Below are positions 19,198-28,862 of a DNA stretch of 64,000 nt, in pieces. Position 1 is the stretch's first letter. The number at the start of each line of letters is the position of its first letter. The notes below the pieces were generated by a model. The model worked only from the letters and a program-made list of their open reading frames with translations. It was not told the DNA's origin and ran no database searches. The translations under genes and the position numbers were made by a program. The DNA is from Dehalococcoidia bacterium. GTDB taxonomy: Bacteria; Chloroflexota; Dehalococcoidia; Lucifugimonadales; JAGWBF01. The stretch is from positions 9,928-73,927 of the forward strand of contig DAOUJI010000079.1 of assembly GCA_034422875.1 (NCBI GenBank). Direction: 5' to 3'.

Positions 19198-19274
19198 ACA
19201 GGTCTGTGTTAGGTCGCAGCCGACGGGTTATGCAAAGGTCTCCCTCCGTCGGGAAGGTTGCAGACAAACACTCT

Positions 19275-19451
19275 TCACAAGAAGAAGGCAGGCTCTTGTT
19301 CGGCGCCGGGCGGATGTTCCATGACGGCGTTTACGCTGTCGGCCATGTCAACCAAAGCGGTGTCCAGAACTTCGGCCCTCTCCTTCCCAAGCAACCTCTC
19401 CGCCACCCAGCGAAGCTCTTCGGTCAGGGTTTCAAGGGAAGTCTGTGCCAC
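19275..19451 (-). CDS. 58-aa GatC/AtzG-like small amidase-associated protein
   Basis: Below the ORF-track cut-off; GTG after AAGGA; MAQTSLETLTEELRWVAERLLGKERAEVLDTALVDMADSVNAVMEHPPGAEQEPAFFL; helical, ends EPAFFL; directly upstream of the amidase. Confidence 0.7.
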   Translation of the reverse strand: MAQTSLETLTEELRWVAERLLGKERAEVLDTALVDMADSVNAVMEHPPGAEQEPAFFL

Positions 19452-19460
19452 AGCCAGTCC

Positions 19461-20129
19461 TTACTCAGGAGTCTCCTCGATGACGATGCTCTCGATTATC
19501 ACGTCGTCGACGGGCTTGTCGCGGGCTCCTGTGGCCGCTTCTGATATCGCCACCACCACGTCCTGACCTTCGGTCACCTCTCCAAAGATGGTGTGTTTCC
19601 CGGTGAGCCAGGGAGTGGGCACGGTGGTTATGAAGAACTGGGAGCCGTTGGTGTTCGGTCCGGCGTTGGCCATGGCCAGCAGCCCGGGTTTGTCAAAGGA
19701 CAGACCAGAGACGATCTCGTCCTGGAACTGGTAGCCTGGTCCACCCGTGCCGGTGCCGGTGGGGTCGCCCCCCTGAATCATAAAGTCCTTGATAACTCTG
19801 TGGAATATGACGCCATTGTAGAAGCCGTCGTTGGACAGCTTGACGAAGTTTCCTACGGTGACGGGAGTCTGGTCATCGAATAGTTCGACTACTATGGCGC
19901 CTTTGTTAGTGTTTATCGTGGCTGTCACTATGATGTTCCTACTTTCTTCAGATTGGGAAACCGGAGTCTCAGTGGGCTTGGGTATGGGCGTAGTCGTGGG
20001 TTTGGGTGTCGGCGCCGTAGTCGGCGTGAAGGTCGGGTCTTCGCCCCCGCAGGCCGAAACTGCGACAACTCCGACCAGCGCTGCAATCACCAACGCAGCA
20101 GCTGAAAATTTCGAGGCAACGGATTTCAC
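19461..20129 (-). CDS. Cyclophilin-type peptidyl-prolyl isomerase lipoprotein
   Basis: Lipobox VSAC, Pro/Thr linker, [42 protein letters not shown]. Confidence 0.95.
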   Translation of the reverse strand: MKSVASKFSAAALVIAALVGVVAVSACGGEDPTFTPTTAPTPKPTTTPIPKPTETPVSQSEESRNIIVTATINTNKGAIVVELFDDQTPVTVGNFVKLSNDGFYNGVIFHRVIKDFMIQGGDPTGTGTGGPGYQFQDEIVSGLSFDKPGLLAMANAGPNTNGSQFFITTVPTPWLTGKHTIFGEVTEGQDVVVAISEAATGARDKPVDDVIIESIVIEETPE

Positions 20130-20280
20130 GGCTGCTAATTATATAGTAGTGTAACGCCAACGTCACTACGGACCCTTAGCATGCGAAAGAGGGGGCATCG
20201 CCAGCAGTTCTGAGACAGGGATTGACCACCGTTTGGCCCACGTCTACACTGCAAGCCTGGCACGGGGTGAAAGGAGCGGT

Positions 20281-20715
20281 ATGGACTGCCCGCGTTGCGA
20301 CGTCGAGTTGACTGTGGAAAAACACAAAGGTCTCGAAGTGGACAGGTGTCCCAAATGTGACGGGATGTGGCTTGAGCATCACGAACTGGGCGAGCTGGAA
20401 GACAGTGTCGCCGACGACATCCCCAAGGGCAGCCTGATGACCTGGTCATACGGCTCCGACCTTCTCTGCCCCCACTGCAAGGACCACCTGAAATGGTTCA
20501 GGTACAGATACTACGACGTGGAAATGGACTACTGCGAGAAGGAACACGGCTTCTGGCTGGACAAAGGCGAGGACAAGAAGGTCCTGGAAGTGATGGACAA
20601 GCGAAACAAGGACCTCAAGAGGTCAGCCAGCGCTGAGCAGAACTGGGAGAAGTTCCTGGCGGGGGTCAACTCCAAGGGTTTTTTCGACAGGGTCAAGGAC
20701 CTGTTCCGTAGATAG
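20281..20715 (+). CDS. Double zinc-ribbon (zf-TFIIB-like) protein
   Basis: CPRC...CPKC-G-WL...EL and CPHC...CEKEHGFWLDKGE; ATG after AAGGAG. Confidence 0.85.
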   Translation: MDCPRCDVELTVEKHKGLEVDRCPKCDGMWLEHHELGELEDSVADDIPKGSLMTWSYGSDLLCPHCKDHLKWFRYRYYDVEMDYCEKEHGFWLDKGEDKKVLEVMDKRNKDLKRSASAEQNWEKFLAGVNSKGFFDRVKDLFRR

Positions 20716-20742
20716 GCATTCTCAACAATTCAGGAGCGAATC

Positions 20743-21726
20743 ATGGCAGAGCAGCGAGCAAAAGTCGTCTTCCAAGCGATTCCGGCATACAAGTCACGGG
20801 CGGAAACTATGGCCCGGGCAGCTCCGCCGGAAATCAACTTCGTCGTCGTGGACGCGACTCTACCCGAGGACGAACAAATCAGGCAGTGCGCAGGCGCCGC
20901 GGCTCTCATCATTACACCAAACACTTTCTCCCTGAACATCCTGAGGGGATGCCCCTCAGTCAAGCTGGTGCAGACCATCAGCGCCGGCTACGACCGGATA
21001 GACGTGAAAGCGGCCGGCGAGATGGGCGTGCTGGTGGCCAACAACGGCGGCGCCAACGCCATATCCGTGGCCGAACACGCCCTGACGCTAATGATGTCCG
21101 TGGGACGACACACCATGACCCACTGGCACAACACCGTAAAGGAAGGGAAGTGGCGGGTGAGCATCGATGGTCCGATAACCGAACTTACCGGCAAGACCGT
21201 GGGCATCGTCGGGCTCGGACACATCGGCAAGCAGGTCGCCAAGCGTCTCACCGCATTCGACACCGAGACCATCTACAACGACATCGCTTCCATTCCTCCT
21301 GAGACGGAGCGGGAGTTGAAGGTGCGGCCTGTCGACTTCGACCAACTGCTAAGAGATTCGGACATAGTGAGCGTCCATGTGCCGTTGAACCGGCAGACAA
21401 GGGGCATGATAAGCACAAGGGAGCTGGGCCTGATGAAGCCCACCGCCTATCTAATCAACACTTGCCGCGGCCCGGTGGTGGACGAGGCCGCTCTGTACGA
21501 GGCTCTTACCACCGGAGTCATCACCGCCGCCGGACTGGACGTCCTGGAAGAGGAGCCTACGCCGGTCGACAACCCGCTGTTCGGTTTGGACAACGTGGTC
21601 GTGACCCCCCATATGGCGGGCAATACAGCGGAGAGCGAAGTGCGCGCCACCGCTTTCGCTATGGAGAACATCCAACGGATGTTGTCAGGCCAGGAACCTG
21701 AGTCCCTGGTTACACCCGAAGACTAG
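20743..21726 (+). CDS. D-isomer-specific 2-hydroxyacid dehydrogenase
   Basis: GIVGLGHIG, VHVPL, LINTCRGPVVDE, AGLDVLEEEP, VVTPHMAG. Confidence 0.93.
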   Translation: MAEQRAKVVFQAIPAYKSRAETMARAAPPEINFVVVDATLPEDEQIRQCAGAAALIITPNTFSLNILRGCPSVKLVQTISAGYDRIDVKAAGEMGVLVANNGGANAISVAEHALTLMMSVGRHTMTHWHNTVKEGKWRVSIDGPITELTGKTVGIVGLGHIGKQVAKRLTAFDTETIYNDIASIPPETERELKVRPVDFDQLLRDSDIVSVHVPLNRQTRGMISTRELGLMKPTAYLINTCRGPVVDEAALYEALTTGVITAAGLDVLEEEPTPVDNPLFGLDNVVVTPHMAGNTAESEVRATAFAMENIQRMLSGQEPESLVTPED

Positions 21727-22877
21727 TCCTGGGCCTGAGGGTGTTCCAGCCGCACGGGATAGATAGGGTCGGCCTCACGCAGCTCCGGGGGCCAGACCAC
21801 GACTTTCCTTCCCTGCTGCCACTGGACGATTACCACCGATCTCCCCACCTGGCGACCCGTTTCAGGCTCAATCTTGAATCGTCCATAGAAGGTCGTGAAG
21901 TCGAGCTTTGAAGCCTGGGCACGGAGAATTCCGTTGTCCAGAGAACCCGTGTCCTCCACGCACCTTTGGGCAATCATCCCCGCCGCATACGCCTGGGCCA
22001 TTGCGTAGTCTCCGCCGCCGGGCAAGAACATGGAGTGTCTTGAGCCGAGGGTCTCGACCGTGGGTCCATAGTCCGGCTGGTAGACCGCCGCCGGTTCCCA
22101 CTGGCTGGGACCCATGAAACCTTCCACAGCCGGGCCCAACTCCATAGCAAACTCGGCCACACCGGCTACTACGACGGCGACGGCGCCGGACTCCAATCCA
22201 GACCTTGACAGCATACGGGCCAGAGCCAGGTCGTCTTGAATCCTGCCCACTCCTATGACCGCATCCGGCTTTGAGGCCTGCAGATTTTGGAAGTCCAAAG
22301 CCGACTCGCTGAAAGGCGGAGTGTATCTTGCGTCGAAGCATACCTCGAATCCCCTGGATCGAGCGTAGTCCACAGCCCCACGCACCACCTCTCGCGGGAA
22401 CGAGCCTCGGCTGGATGCTATCACCGCCAGCCTGGAGGCGGAATCGTCCGCTTCCCTGGCAATGTCTATAACCCCTTCCAGGTAGCGGCTGGCGGGCGTG
22501 AGAACACCGACGACCCACCTGTATCCTTTGGCGTAAATGTCGTCGGAGGCGCCTCCGTGGCACCAGAGGACCCGTTCGTGTTCTTCAGCTACAGAAGCAG
22601 CCGCCAAGCTCAAGGAGCTGGCGTATGGGCTGAACAGCAGGTCAACCTGGTCATCAACGATGAGTCTTCTGGTAACTTCGATCGCCGAAGCGGTGGAACT
22701 CTCGTCGTCGTACCAAACCAACTCAACCGGGCGCGCCAGTCCTGAAACGGTGAAACCTCCGTCAGAGTTGCAGTCCTCTACCCATGCCTGGGCGCCCTTG
22801 AGGGCCTGGGTTCCCTGACTGGCGAACTGCCCTGTGAGGGATGCGGGCATCCCCGCCCTGACAACGTTGTCGGCCAT
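21723..22877 (-). CDS. LivJ-like (type 1 periplasmic binding fold) protein without signal peptide
   Basis: GMPASLTGQFA..G, ELVWYDDES, VDLLFSPYASS, DFTTFYGRFK; no N-terminal hydrophobic segment. Confidence 0.85.
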   Translation of the reverse strand: MADNVVRAGMPASLTGQFASQGTQALKGAQAWVEDCNSDGGFTVSGLARPVELVWYDDESSTASAIEVTRRLIVDDQVDLLFSPYASSLSLAAASVAEEHERVLWCHGGASDDIYAKGYRWVVGVLTPASRYLEGVIDIAREADDSASRLAVIASSRGSFPREVVRGAVDYARSRGFEVCFDARYTPPFSESALDFQNLQASKPDAVIGVGRIQDDLALARMLSRSGLESGAVAVVVAGVAEFAMELGPAVEGFMGPSQWEPAAVYQPDYGPTVETLGSRHSMFLPGGGDYAMAQAYAAGMIAQRCVEDTGSLDNGILRAQASKLDFTTFYGRFKIEPETGRQVGRSVVIVQWQQGRKVVVWPPELREADPIYPVRLEHPQAQD

Positions 22878-22892
22878 GAGACCGCCCCAGGA

Positions 22893-24074
22893 CTACGGTC
22901 CGTCGATGGGTCTGAATATGCCAAAGGAGCTGGTGTAACCGTGGAGGAAAGTGGAGCCGCTCACCGGACCAATCTCTCCGTTGCAGAAGAAACCGCCAAG
23001 GGGCAACGGCCCCAGCTTGTCCCGGAACAGATTAGTGTCGTGGTCCGGCTGGCCATAGAGGTGCTCACCCCGGCCCAGGCAGGAGAACAACAACGCCCCT
23101 TCGCTGCGGCTGCCGTTGTCGTACCGCGTCAAGAGGTTCGCCAAGTCCTCCGAGGATGTGATGGCATCCCGTAGATGGAACTGGACCCTCTGACCCTCAC
23201 GGAGCAATTCTCCTATGGCCATAGCGCCAGTCCGCCCGTCCATGCCGATGATGTTACGCACCAGGAAGTCGCCCTGCTGCGGGTTGTCTACAAAGTCATC
23301 CATGAGTATGCCAAGGAACAGGGAAGTCTGCATCAACTCCTGATCACGTTGCGAGGCCGACTGGAACATCTCTCTCACGACTTCCAGAGGGGGCCGTTCG
23401 TCCAGCTCTCTCAGGACGTTCTTGTCGCTCTTAGTCACCGACATAAGAGAACCAACGGGACGGCATCCCTGGGCCACGATGGTGTCCACGGCCACGTTCC
23501 CAGACAGGGCAACGCCAATGACGCCGGACCTGAACACTTCGTCGCCCAAGAACAGGGCGTTGTCACCGTGAGTGCGTCCACCGCTGGCCAACCCGCCAAT
23601 CTTAACGCTGTTGGGATAGGCGTAGTCCATGCCAAGCAGCAGGTTGCCGGCTGCGAAGCTGAAGGGGTCAGCCAACAGCAGGAACTTGGGGTCGATCTCT
23701 GCCGACACTTTCAGGGCCTTTTCCCACTCATCCGGCGCCGCGTCCATGTCGGGCAGGTCCGAGTCCTCCAAGTGAAACGGAGTCATCTCCACGTCGGGCA
23801 TGTTGGCGACGGTAATCGAAAGCCCGGGCCTGTGCTCCACTTCACGTCCTCCGCCTATCACTCCTCCGGCGGAGCACCCGAATATTCTGACCGAGCCCAT
23901 CCTGCTCTTAATCATGTTGGAAAGTTCGTCATAGCCCATCGCGAAATGTTCGGAAACGAACACAGCCACAAGATGGACATCCAAGTCTCCCATCTGTTCC
24001 GTGACGGACTCGACGCACTGGTCCAACGCCGATTCCATATCGCTCAAGTCGGACACTGCAGACGCCAGCTTCAT
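22893..24074 (-). CDS. FIST signal transduction protein (FIST_N + FIST_C)
   Basis: GCSAGGVIGG, LLLADPFSF, IGGLASGG, VAQGCRP, GALLFSCLGRG, GFFCNGEIGP, LHGYT. Confidence 0.92.
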   Translation of the reverse strand: MKLASAVSDLSDMESALDQCVESVTEQMGDLDVHLVAVFVSEHFAMGYDELSNMIKSRMGSVRIFGCSAGGVIGGGREVEHRPGLSITVANMPDVEMTPFHLEDSDLPDMDAAPDEWEKALKVSAEIDPKFLLLADPFSFAAGNLLLGMDYAYPNSVKIGGLASGGRTHGDNALFLGDEVFRSGVIGVALSGNVAVDTIVAQGCRPVGSLMSVTKSDKNVLRELDERPPLEVVREMFQSASQRDQELMQTSLFLGILMDDFVDNPQQGDFLVRNIIGMDGRTGAMAIGELLREGQRVQFHLRDAITSSEDLANLLTRYDNGSRSEGALLFSCLGRGEHLYGQPDHDTNLFRDKLGPLPLGGFFCNGEIGPVSGSTFLHGYTSSFGIFRPIDGP

Positions 24075-24196
24075 GCCTACCTCCATGCGAGAGGATACCC
24101 ACGCGCGAGGAGGACCCTCTCCTCACGGTTCGGGCCATTATACCAAACCACCAGAGGTCAGGCGCTCATCCCTCGGACGGCAGCCGCGTCGGTTCG

Positions 24197-24225
24197 TTGA
24201 CCCCTCAAGACTCGCCGCCTATAAT
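24197..24225 (+). promoter_or_regulatory. Sigma70-type promoter
   Basis: TTGACC-N17-TATAAT, 40 nt upstream of the CMD-like gene. Confidence 0.7.
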
Positions 24226-24264
24226 TCGGGCCTGCTGACTGATCTGACTGACGGGAGGCGCCCA

Positions 24265-24822
24265 ATGGCCCGAATACCGATAGCGACCCACGAGACCATG
24301 CCCGAGGACCAGAGGGCGACCTACGACGCCTTCGCAGAAGGCCGGGGCGGAGTGCCCCCCACCTCCCCCTTCGCGCTCCTGTGCCACATACCCGAAATGG
24401 CCAGGCGGCTGGAGGACCTACGGCAGTATCTCCGCAACGAACCCAGCCTGGCTCAGGACATCCAAGAGCTGGCGATGATCGTGACCGCCAGGGAAAACGA
24501 CTGTCTCTATATCTGGAACGCCCACGCAGCCGCCGCACGGCAGGCCGGAATACGAGACGACATCGTGGACAACCTGAGGGACAAGAAGGACCTCACCAAC
24601 CTGACTGCGAAGCAGACTTTGGTTGTGAACTTGGCCAGGGAGTTCTTCCGGACTCGCAAGGTCAGCCAGGAGACCTTCGAGGCGGGCATGTCCCTGTTGG
24701 GGTTGCGGGGGTTCATGACCCTGGTGAACCTGATGGGCACCTACGCGGTGCTGGCCATCAACATGAACACCTGGGACCTGGAGCTTCCGCCCAACGCCAC
24801 CGAAAAACCCCTGCCGGTGTAG
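24265..24822 (+). CDS. Carboxymuconolactone decarboxylase/AhpD-like protein
   Basis: ELAMIVTAREN.C.YIWNAH...A...G, ELVNL-like TLVNLMGTY; start ATG 24265 after GGGAGG. Confidence 0.82.
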   Translation: MARIPIATHETMPEDQRATYDAFAEGRGGVPPTSPFALLCHIPEMARRLEDLRQYLRNEPSLAQDIQELAMIVTARENDCLYIWNAHAAAARQAGIRDDIVDNLRDKKDLTNLTAKQTLVVNLAREFFRTRKVSQETFEAGMSLLGLRGFMTLVNLMGTYAVLAINMNTWDLELPPNATEKPLPV

Positions 24823-24839
24823 GTGAGCCGCGCGCCTGA

Positions 24840-25862
24840 TCACTCCGACTTGAGCTCGGCGAGAATGCGTTTCAAGATTTGCTCGTCGTCTCGGGTCTTG
24901 GTTTCCATCGTGAAGGAAACGCTGTCCAAGAGGTCGCCGTAGCGTTCCTTTATCTTGCCTGCGATGTCCTCGTAGTCTCCCATGATGGCGAAGGTGTCCA
25001 GCATCTCGTCGCTGACCTGGCCGGGCATGTCGTCCCACTCTCCCCGCAGCGACATCTCGTGGAGCCTCTGGCCTATGTCCTGGAAGCCGTGCACCTCTAG
25101 CACCGGGAAGTAGGTGCGGGTGGAGGCGTAGAAGGATATTTGCCGTTTGACTCCCTGCCTCTTGGCGTCCACGTCGGCCTGGCTTGGGCCGGTAATGATA
25201 AAGCCCCCTCCGCTGATGCGGACGTCCTTCAGGTCTTTCCCCGCCTTCTTCGCCCCGCTTTCCACGTTGGGGACGATGAACTCGTTGAGATAGCGTTTCG
25301 AGTTGAGGCTGTGAAGCATCAGTCCATCGCACACTTCGCCGGCCACGCGGCAGTTGAAGCCGTTGACCGCTCCGATGTAGACCCTGGGGTCGGGAAACTC
25401 GCTGGGGCCCGGGCTGAAGAAGGGAGTCATCAGGGTGAAGTTGTAGAACTCGCCGTGATAGTCCAGCTTTCCGCCGTTCTGCCAGTTGTCCCAAATCGCT
25501 TTCACAGACTCCACGTATTCCTTCAATCGCTTGCCGGGAGAGCGCCAGGACTCGACGGAGAAGCGGCGCAGGTTATGGCCCTTCACCTGGGTGCCAATTC
25601 CCAACTGGAACCTGCCGTCGGAGAAGTCATGCAGGTCCCTGGAAGCATAAGCGGTGACCATAGGAGACCGTGGGAATGCTATGGCGACCCTGGTCTCCAG
25701 CGTCACCCGCTCCGTCGCGGCCGCGGCGAGCATGAGAGGCAGGAAGGGGTCATGGGCCGTCTCCGGGGACGACAGGCCATCGTATCCGATGTCCTCCGCC
25801 CACTTGGCCTCCTCGGCCACGCCCTTCATGTTTTCAGTGTGAAGCCTGTAGATAACCCTCAT
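24840..25862 (-). CDS. LLM-class (probably F420-dependent) oxidoreductase
   Basis: ETAHDPFLPL, AIAFPRSPM, RFQLGIGTQVKGHN.RRFS, YHGEFYNFTLMTPFFSPG, FYASTRTY. Confidence 0.9.
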   Translation of the reverse strand: MRVIYRLHTENMKGVAEEAKWAEDIGYDGLSSPETAHDPFLPLMLAAAATERVTLETRVAIAFPRSPMVTAYASRDLHDFSDGRFQLGIGTQVKGHNLRRFSVESWRSPGKRLKEYVESVKAIWDNWQNGGKLDYHGEFYNFTLMTPFFSPGPSEFPDPRVYIGAVNGFNCRVAGEVCDGLMLHSLNSKRYLNEFIVPNVESGAKKAGKDLKDVRISGGGFIITGPSQADVDAKRQGVKRQISFYASTRTYFPVLEVHGFQDIGQRLHEMSLRGEWDDMPGQVSDEMLDTFAIMGDYEDIAGKIKERYGDLLDSVSFTMETKTRDDEQILKRILAELKSE

Positions 25863-25932
25863 CTTGGCCTCCCGACCGTTGTGTGTGCTTGCTTAGGCAG
25901 GAATTTGGATGTTCGTGGCCGACTCAGTGCCT

Positions 25933-26691
25933 CTAGATGGCGTTGAGGCCACCGTCTACTGGGAAGTCTATGCCCGTGATGTAGGACGATTCGTCGGACG
26001 CCAGGAACAGGGCCACCCACGCCGCCTCGTCCCGGGTGCCGGGGCGCCTCATGGGAATGGACGAAACAGGGAACATCTCCTGTGTTGTCTTAGGGGACGT
26101 GGCATCGGAGGTGGTCATTGGAGGCATCCTGGCCGGGTGCAGACAGTTAGCCCGGATGTTTTCCGGCCCGTGTCTGGAGGCTATAGCTTTCGTGTACAGG
26201 CGCAAGGCGCCCTTGGAAGCGTGATAGCCTGGGTGACTGCCCGGCGAACCGTCCAGAGCGAAGCGGGAGCCGCAGTTGACCACCGAACCTCCGCCAGCTG
26301 CCTTCATGTGGGGGTAACAGTATTTGAACCCCAGGAACGGCCCCTTGGCGTTGATGGCCATGTAGCGGTCCCAACCGTCAGAGTCGTAGTGGTCCTGGTG
26401 TATAGTGCCGCTGAGTCCCGCGAACTGGACCAGCACGTTTAGCTTCCCGTAACGGCGGACGACCTCATCCACGGCGTTCTTCCAATCATCCTCGTTGGCC
26501 ACGTCGACGTGGATGAAAAACGCATCGCCTCCCGCCGCGGTGATTTGCTTTTCCACGCTGCGTCCGGCGTCGTCCAGCCTGTCAGCTATGGCAACCTTGC
26601 AGCCTTCTTTGGCAAACAGAACGCAGGCGGCGGCTCCCATGCCGTTGCCGCCGCCCGTAATTATCGCCACTTTGCCGTCGAGTCTGCCCAT
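25933..26691 (-). CDS. SDR family oxidoreductase (tandem paralog 3)
   Basis: GKVAIITGGGNGMG, YHASKG, SYITGIDFPVDGG. Confidence 0.92.
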   Translation of the reverse strand: MGRLDGKVAIITGGGNGMGAAACVLFAKEGCKVAIADRLDDAGRSVEKQITAAGGDAFFIHVDVANEDDWKNAVDEVVRRYGKLNVLVQFAGLSGTIHQDHYDSDGWDRYMAINAKGPFLGFKYCYPHMKAAGGGSVVNCGSRFALDGSPGSHPGYHASKGALRLYTKAIASRHGPENIRANCLHPARMPPMTTSDATSPKTTQEMFPVSSIPMRRPGTRDEAAWVALFLASDESSYITGIDFPVDGGLNAI

Positions 26692-26709
26692 TGCTTGCTC
26701 CTGTTCGGA

Positions 26710-27465
26710 CTACTGGCAGGTGTACCCGCCGTCTACAGGTATCTCCGCTCCCGTGACGTAAGAGGCCTCATCGGAAGCCAGGAACAGCACCGCGGACGCC
26801 ACTTCATCCGTGCGCCCGTTGCGCCGGAGGGGAATCCTCGCGTGCCAGATTTCGTCCTGGGACCAGTACCACTCGTGGTCGCCGGACACCATTGGAGGCA
26901 TCCTGCCCGGATGGATGGAGTTGCAGCGGATGTTATCAGGGCCGTAACGGGCCGCCGAGGCCTTGGTGAAGAGCCTCACCGCGCCCTTGGAGGCGTGGTA
27001 AGCGGGGTGGCCCGACGGGGAACCTACCAGGCCATATATGGACGAGATGTTAACGATGGACCCGCCGCCGACTTCCCGCATTTTGGGGACTACGGTCTTG
27101 GTGCCCAGGAACACGCCCTTAGCGTTCACGTCACTTATCTTGTCCCAGCCGTCGAGGCCGTTGAAGTCAGTCACCGACGTGGAAGACAGGCCGGCGTTGT
27201 TGACCAGTATGTCCAGCCTCCCGTGGTTGGCGACGGTGTCATCCACAACCTTCTGCCAGTTCTCCTCGTCGGTCACGTCCAGGTGCATGAAGGTGGCGAC
27301 ACCTCCAGCCTCACTTATTTCGGCTTCCAGCTTCTGGCCCGCGTCGCCTGCGATGTCAGCGATTATGACCTTGGCGCCCTCGTTGGCGAACATCCGGCAC
27401 TCCATGGCGCCCTGACCGTTGGCGCCCCCAGTGATTATGGCGACCTTCCCGTCCAATCTACCCAT
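26710..27465 (-). CDS. SDR family oxidoreductase (tandem paralog 2)
   Basis: MGRLDGKVAIITGGANGQG, NNAG, YHASKG; start moved to 27465. Confidence 0.92.
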   Translation of the reverse strand: MGRLDGKVAIITGGANGQGAMECRMFANEGAKVIIADIAGDAGQKLEAEISEAGGVATFMHLDVTDEENWQKVVDDTVANHGRLDILVNNAGLSSTSVTDFNGLDGWDKISDVNAKGVFLGTKTVVPKMREVGGGSIVNISSIYGLVGSPSGHPAYHASKGAVRLFTKASAARYGPDNIRCNSIHPGRMPPMVSGDHEWYWSQDEIWHARIPLRRNGRTDEVASAVLFLASDEASYVTGAEIPVDGGYTCQ

Positions 27466-27496
27466 AATTCGTTGCCTCCGCTCTAGGTGTCTACTT

Positions 27497-27529
27497 CCCC
27501 TCACCCCGGCCTCTCCAAGTGGGAGGGGG
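27497..27529 (-). repeat. REP-like palindromic repeat, copy 2
   Basis: Minus strand ccccctccc-acttg-gagagg-ccggggtgagggg. Confidence 0.65.
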
Positions 27530-27547
27530 TTCGGGGGCTTGCACAGA

Positions 27548-28303
27548 TTATACGGCAGTAAACCCTCCGTCCACCGCCAATTCCAGTCCAGTGATGTATG
27601 AGGCCTCGTCGGAGGCCAGGAAGAGGACAGCATAACCCACCTCTTCCACCCGTCCCATCCTGCCCAGGGGCACCATGGTCAGACGCTGGTTGAGTTCGTC
27701 CTGCTGGGCCTCGTACCTGCCGGACGTCATGGGAGGCATCCGTCCCGGGTGGACCGAGTTCACCCGTATGTTGTCCCTGCCCAGACGTGCAGCCATGGCC
27801 TTGGTGAAGAGTCGCAGCGCCCCTTTCGAGCTGTTGTAGGCGGGGTGGCCCAAAGTCGACCCGGTAAGTCCCGCAATGGAGGAAATGTTGACTATCGAGC
27901 CTCCTCCGGCTTCTCTCATCTTAGGGACAGAGTGTTTGACCCCAAGGAACGGCCCTTTGGCGTTGACGGACATGAGAATGTCCCATTCGTCTGTCCCCAT
28001 AGTATCGTCGAAAGCGAAACTGCTGATGCCCGCGTTGTTCACCAGCACGTTGAGCTTTCCGTATGCGGCTACAACCTGGTCTATCACCGATTTCCATTGC
28101 TCTTCGTCGGTCACGTCGAGACGGTGAAACACCGCGTCGCCACCCGACCGCCGGATGCCTTCCACCACGGCCATGCCGTCTTCTTCTCGTATGTCTGTGA
28201 CAGCCACCTTGGCCCCTTCTCCGGCCAGGAGCTCGGCCTCACAGGCGCCCATGCCGTTGCCCGCGCCCGTGACGATGGCCACCTTCCCGTCCATTCTTCC
28301 CAT
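27548..28303 (-). CDS. SDR family oxidoreductase (tandem paralog 1)
   Basis: GKVAIVTGAGNGMG, NNAG, YNSSKG, VDGG. Confidence 0.92.
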   Translation of the reverse strand: MGRMDGKVAIVTGAGNGMGACEAELLAGEGAKVAVTDIREEDGMAVVEGIRRSGGDAVFHRLDVTDEEQWKSVIDQVVAAYGKLNVLVNNAGISSFAFDDTMGTDEWDILMSVNAKGPFLGVKHSVPKMREAGGGSIVNISSIAGLTGSTLGHPAYNSSKGALRLFTKAMAARLGRDNIRVNSVHPGRMPPMTSGRYEAQQDELNQRLTMVPLGRMGRVEEVGYAVLFLASDEASYITGLELAVDGGFTAV

Positions 28304-28379
28304 AAGTCCCTCCGTCGGATATGCCGGAATGACCGGCCCAATTATAGCGGCGCCGGAGCCGTGTTGCCCACCCTGGCGG

Positions 28380-28850
28380 TTAGTCGTGGGCGGGAAAGGT
28401 GAAGTCTTCCTCGAACATGTCGTAGTGGGACTCCGACATGCCCAGGTTGCGGTAGGTCTCCCTGGCGGCGGCGTTGTTCCTGTCCACGTACAACCGGACT
28501 CCGCATACGTCGGGCCTGGACCTGGCTGTATCGAGAATCCAGCGGTGCATCGCCGAGTAGACGCCCATCCTGCGCCGTTCGGGCCTCACGTATACGCTCT
28601 GAATCCACCAGAACCAGCCGTTGCGCCAATCGCTCCACTCGTACGTGACCAGCAGCGACCCAACGGGCGAGCCGTCCACCTCCGCCACCAGGTAGAAGCC
28701 TCGCTGGGAGGAGTCGAAGACTGCCCTGGTCCCTCTCCTGAGGAGCTCGATGTCCAGAGTCTTGCCCTCAGTCTCCAGGGCCATAGCAGCGTTGAAAGCG
28801 ACGAGAGCTTCCAGGTCGTCCAGAGAGGCTGGGCGGACGGTGGGAGTCAT
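28380..28850 (-). CDS. GNAT family N-acetyltransferase
   Basis: WSDWRNGWFWWIQSVYVRPERRRMGV, LYVDRNN..A..TY.NLGM. Confidence 0.9.
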   Translation of the reverse strand: MTPTVRPASLDDLEALVAFNAAMALETEGKTLDIELLRRGTRAVFDSSQRGFYLVAEVDGSPVGSLLVTYEWSDWRNGWFWWIQSVYVRPERRRMGVYSAMHRWILDTARSRPDVCGVRLYVDRNNAAARETYRNLGMSESHYDMFEEDFTFPAHD

Positions 28851-28862
28851 GGAGTTGGGGCG

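Noticed and set aside
19139-19267. N-terminal extension of the amidase ORF
   Set aside because: Runs through a REP copy; ATG 19138 has an SD and matches the family start
23175-24200. 341-aa plus-strand ORF
   Set aside because: Antisense shadow of the FIST gene
27466-27633. N-terminal extension of the middle SDR
   Set aside because: Overlaps the upstream SDR and the REP copy; paralogs all start MGRL/MDGK
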